Assembly (NCBI RefSeq): GCF_046119375.1
Contig: NW_027362769.1
Location: 401,884,001 to 401,948,000, forward strand
Origin: Phyllobates terribilis
Taxonomy: Eukaryota
Length of the DNA: 64,000 nt
Direction: 5' to 3'
The notes under the pieces were generated by a model that saw only the letters and a list, made by a program, of their open reading frames with translations, was not told the DNA's origin and did no database searches. Each line of letters opens with the position of its first letter. The first letter of the stretch is position 1. This document shows, piece by piece, positions 60,801 through 64,000 of the stretch. The translations under genes were made by a program, and so were the position numbers.

Positions 60801-63604
60801 GATGAACCCTGAACTAGGAGAAGGTGAAACGCGTTGGCATAGCTGCTGGCATCTATTGTGCCATGATTTTGGGACCTTTTCCTATGCATTGGTGCAACCT
60901 ACAGGATTCTGCCTGAATTGATCTACCCGGTCCTTTTTTGAAAGCAATCTACTACCTAGCTCAGATAAGTTCATTTTTCTCTTATAGTACATATTGCAGT
61001 GTTTATTTGCTTTTCTGAGATCATTGATTATTTCTCTGTTTTTATCTCTTGATTGAGTTTGAACTATATCTAGCACCCATCATATGTGTATAGATATCTG
61101 GCCGTGACCTGGGCAGTACCACTGCATAGGATAAAGAATTTTGCCAAGTAATTTTTAGTTAATGTATGTCTGGTGCGAGGGCCTAATAGGGCAATCAAGG
61201 GACAGCTGACGTGGAGCGATGACACCAAACGTCTCGCTAGGGTGATAAACGTCCGCTGTCAGGTAGGGTCCTAGTTCATTTAGGGACATCTAGGGCCAGC
61301 CTGAATGACATTATTTCATCGTACCCCTGATCATTACCCTTTGTTGCACCGACATTTTTATGGTGTTTGTCCATTCTGTGACCAATTAGTCGGTCTTTTA
61401 AAATATCTATTAAAAGTTACATTTTACTCTGGGGTTTTTTCTTTGTCTGTTGATCATTGAGTCTCTTCCTTAAAGGTGTGAAAAATGTCATGGTAGATTT
61501 TCTAAATGGGCTAAAGTCAGGAGTGGACACCACAAGGATCTGTACTGGGAGCAGTGGAGACACCAAGGATTTGTGCTGGGAGCAGAGAAGACCAGAATGA
61601 TCTGTACTGGGAGCAGAGGAGACCACAGGGATCTGTACTGGAAGCAGATGAGACCACAAGGATCTGTACTGGGAGCAGAGGAGACCACAGGGATCTGTAC
61701 TGGGAGCAGAGGAGACCACAGGGATCTGTACTGGAAGCAGATGAGACCACAAGGATCTGAACTGGGAATAGATGAGACCACAAGGATCTGAACTGGGAAC
61801 AGATGAGACCATAAGGATCTGTGCTGGGAGCAGAAAAGACCAGAATGATCTCTACTGGGAGCAGAGGAGACCAGAATGATCTCTACTGGGAGCAGAGGAG
61901 ACCATAAGGATCTCTACTGGGAGTAGAAGAGACCAGAATAATCTGTACTGGGAACAGAGGAGACCACAGGGATATTTACTGGGAACAGATGAGACCACAA
62001 GGATCTGTACTGGGAGCAGAAGAGACCATAAGGATCTCTACTGGGTGCAGAGGAGACCATAAGGATCTCTACAGGGTGCAGAGGAGACCAGAAGGATCTC
62101 TACTGGGAGCAGAGGAGATCAGAAGGATCTCTACTGGGAGCAGAGGAGATCAGAAGGATCTCTACTGGGAGCAGAGGAGACCAGAAGGATCTCTACTGGG
62201 AGCAGAGGAGACCATAAGGATCTCTACTGGGAGCAGAGGAGACCATAAGGATCTCTACTGGGAGCAGAGGAGACCATAAGGATCTCTACTGGGAGCAGAG
62301 GAAACCATAAGGATCTCTACTGGGAGCAGAGGAGACCATAAGGATCTGTACTGGGAGTAGATGAGACCACAAGGATCTGTACTGGGAGTAGGGGAGACCA
62401 CAAGGATCTGAACTGGCAGCAGATGAGACCACAAGGATCTGTACTGGGAGCAGATGAGACCACAAGGATCTGTACTCGGAGCAGGGGAGACCAGAATGAT
62501 CTGTTCTGGGAGCAGATGAGACCATAGGGATCTGTACTGGGAGCAGATGAGACCACAAGGATCTGTACTGGCAGCAGATGAGACCACAAGGATCTGTACT
62601 GGGAGTAGAGGAGACTACAAGGATCTGTACTGGGAGCAGAGGAGACCTCAGGGATCTGTACTGGGAGCAGATGAGACCACAAGGATCTGTACTGGCAGCA
62701 GATGAGACCACAAGGATCTGTACTGGGAGTAGAGGAGACTACAAGGATCTGTACTGGGAGCAGAGGAGACCACAGGGATCTGTACTGGGAGTAGAGGAGA
62801 CTACAAGGATATGTACTGGGAGCAGAGGAGACCACAAGGATCTGTACTGGGAGCAGAGGAGACCACAAGGATCTGTACTGGGAGCAGAGGAGAGCACAGG
62901 GATCTGTACTGGGAGCAGATGAGACCACAGGGATCTGTACTGGGAGCAGAGGAGACCACAAGGATCTGTACTGGGAGCGGAGGAGACCACAAGGATCTGT
63001 ACTGGGAGCGTAGGAGACCACAAGGATCTGTACTGGGAGCAGAGGAGACCACAAGGATCTGTACTGGGAGCGTAGGAGACCACAAGGATCTGTACTGGGA
63101 GCAGAGGAGACCACAGGGATCTGTACTGGGAGCAGAGGAGACCACAGGGATCTGTACTGGGAGTAGAGGAGACTACAAGGATCTCTATGGGATTTAGTTC
63201 TGGCTCTACATTCTTAAAATTATATAGACTAGCAGGAGAAGGTTTGAGTTATGGTGGTAGAAGACAGGAGAGTGACCATAGGGGGTGCAGAGGGACACTT
63301 ACACCTGGACCCCGATACCTGAAGCCCCTTAAGAAGACACTCTTATTACAGATGGTAGGATGGGGCCCTTGTATAGATTTTACTCCGGGGCCCGGATTTA
63401 GATTGTGCTTCTATGGGAGGAAAATAATGAACTTCTCCACTTACCGGCCTGGGAGGTTTCCCTGAAAAATAGAACAAAAGAAGATTTCAGTAACTTTAAT
63501 ATTGAGCTGGAGAGAAAGTAAGAAAAGACGATTACTTTTCATTGTTCTTCGCATCTGACACATTTTTTCTTCAAATGAAGAACTTTTTCCGTGACTAAAT
63601 TCAC
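57894..63604 (-). CDS. Uncharacterised amphibian-type protein with a TIR-like (Rossmann-fold) domain; 5' end may lie beyond the window
   Basis: Exons (minus): 63536-63604 (phase 1-1), 63445-63461 (17-nt microexon, 1-0), 59414-59669 (0-1), 57894-58048 (1-stop). Translation: ...MRRTMKRKPPRP-VKVGIFSRSAESEYDWLKRMLESESFVKSVRPYYISNNGLPEFSGNVSRCDFGILYHTQNRGRVNLTDITDSLYDEELKELFAKL-EKKNVIVVIDDLKDSSEERKNEILKEQPKLKSLATDVFLFTGDEKKVTEEK*. All junctions are GT-AG and in frame. Confidence 0.7.
59806..61451. mobile_element. Penelope-like (PLE) non-autonomous insertion with ~450-bp inverted arms and a 15-bp target-site duplication
   Basis: Arms 59857-60310 and 60999-61451 are near-identical reverse complements. 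Direct repeat GATCATTGAGTCTCT lies at 59791-59805 and 61452-61466. There is a hammerhead motif in the spacer. Confidence 0.7.
60797..60837 (+). ncRNA. Minimal type I hammerhead ribozyme motif (PLE type)
   Basis: CC-CTGATGA (60799-60805)-ACC/loop/GGT (stem II)-GAAA (60826-60829)-CGCGT-T-GG. Palindromic ACGCGT stem III, predicted GUU cleavage after 60835, 2-bp stem I. Confidence 0.65.
61520..63190. repeat. 31-bp minisatellite (GAGACCACAAGGATCTGTACTGGGAGCAGAG)n
   Basis: Direct periodicity. Intronic in the TIR-like gene. Confidence 0.95.
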
Positions 63605-64000
63605 CTACAAGAAATAGAAACAAGAAGATAAAAGAAAAAGTGAGGAACGAACATACAGGATGGAGGTTGAGTGATCTGGTACTGGGGGAATGTGGACAAG
63701 ACATGGACAATATACAGACAGGACATGAGACATAACATAGATGTGACAAAACAGCTTCTTATCTTAAACAGCCAGACATCTAGAATTGTTAAGCCAATAG
63801 AAATACACTATTGTGTTTGTGTTGACTTTAGAACTTGTATGTGTTTCTTTGGTGGATCAAGAAGAACAGACCAATATTTGTATAACCCTGAATGTTGTCT
63901 TCTCTTGGTTCTGAAACAATGATGTTTGTTACTATGCTAATTGCATATTGTACTAAATCGAGCTAGATGTTTATTTACAAGAGCCCCCTGCTATACCAAC

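Noticed and set aside
61417-63197. Overlapping ORFs on both strands
   Set aside because: They are translations of the 31-bp intronic array.

Overview
Eukaryotic genomic DNA from a vertebrate, most likely an anuran amphibian (inferred from repeat content). Compact GC-rich genes are inflated by very large minisatellites. From left to right: the 5' two-thirds of PFAS (minus, 20 coding exons, continuing off the left edge); a candidate two-exon 42-aa microprotein (plus); NIF3L1 (minus) head-to-head with PPIL3 (plus), sharing a YY1/ETS bidirectional promoter; an IFI44-like P-loop NTPase gene (minus) whose last intron is 20.6 kb, mostly a ~35-bp minisatellite; and, just upstream on the same strand, a spliced gene whose product aligns by eye to SARM1-type TIR domains and keeps the catalytic Glu. 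Splice phases would allow this TIR-like gene to be joined to the IFI44-like NTPase. This candidate TIR-NADase plus interferon-type GTPase immune module is the most interesting system here. Also present are a Penelope-like insertion with ~450-bp inverted arms, a 15-bp TSD and a hammerhead ribozyme motif, plus a V-SINE, a MITE and many tandem arrays. Most long ORFs in the supplied track are repeat artefacts. Exon models were derived by manual translation and GT-AG/phase checking. Homology calls come from recalled sequences, not database searches.
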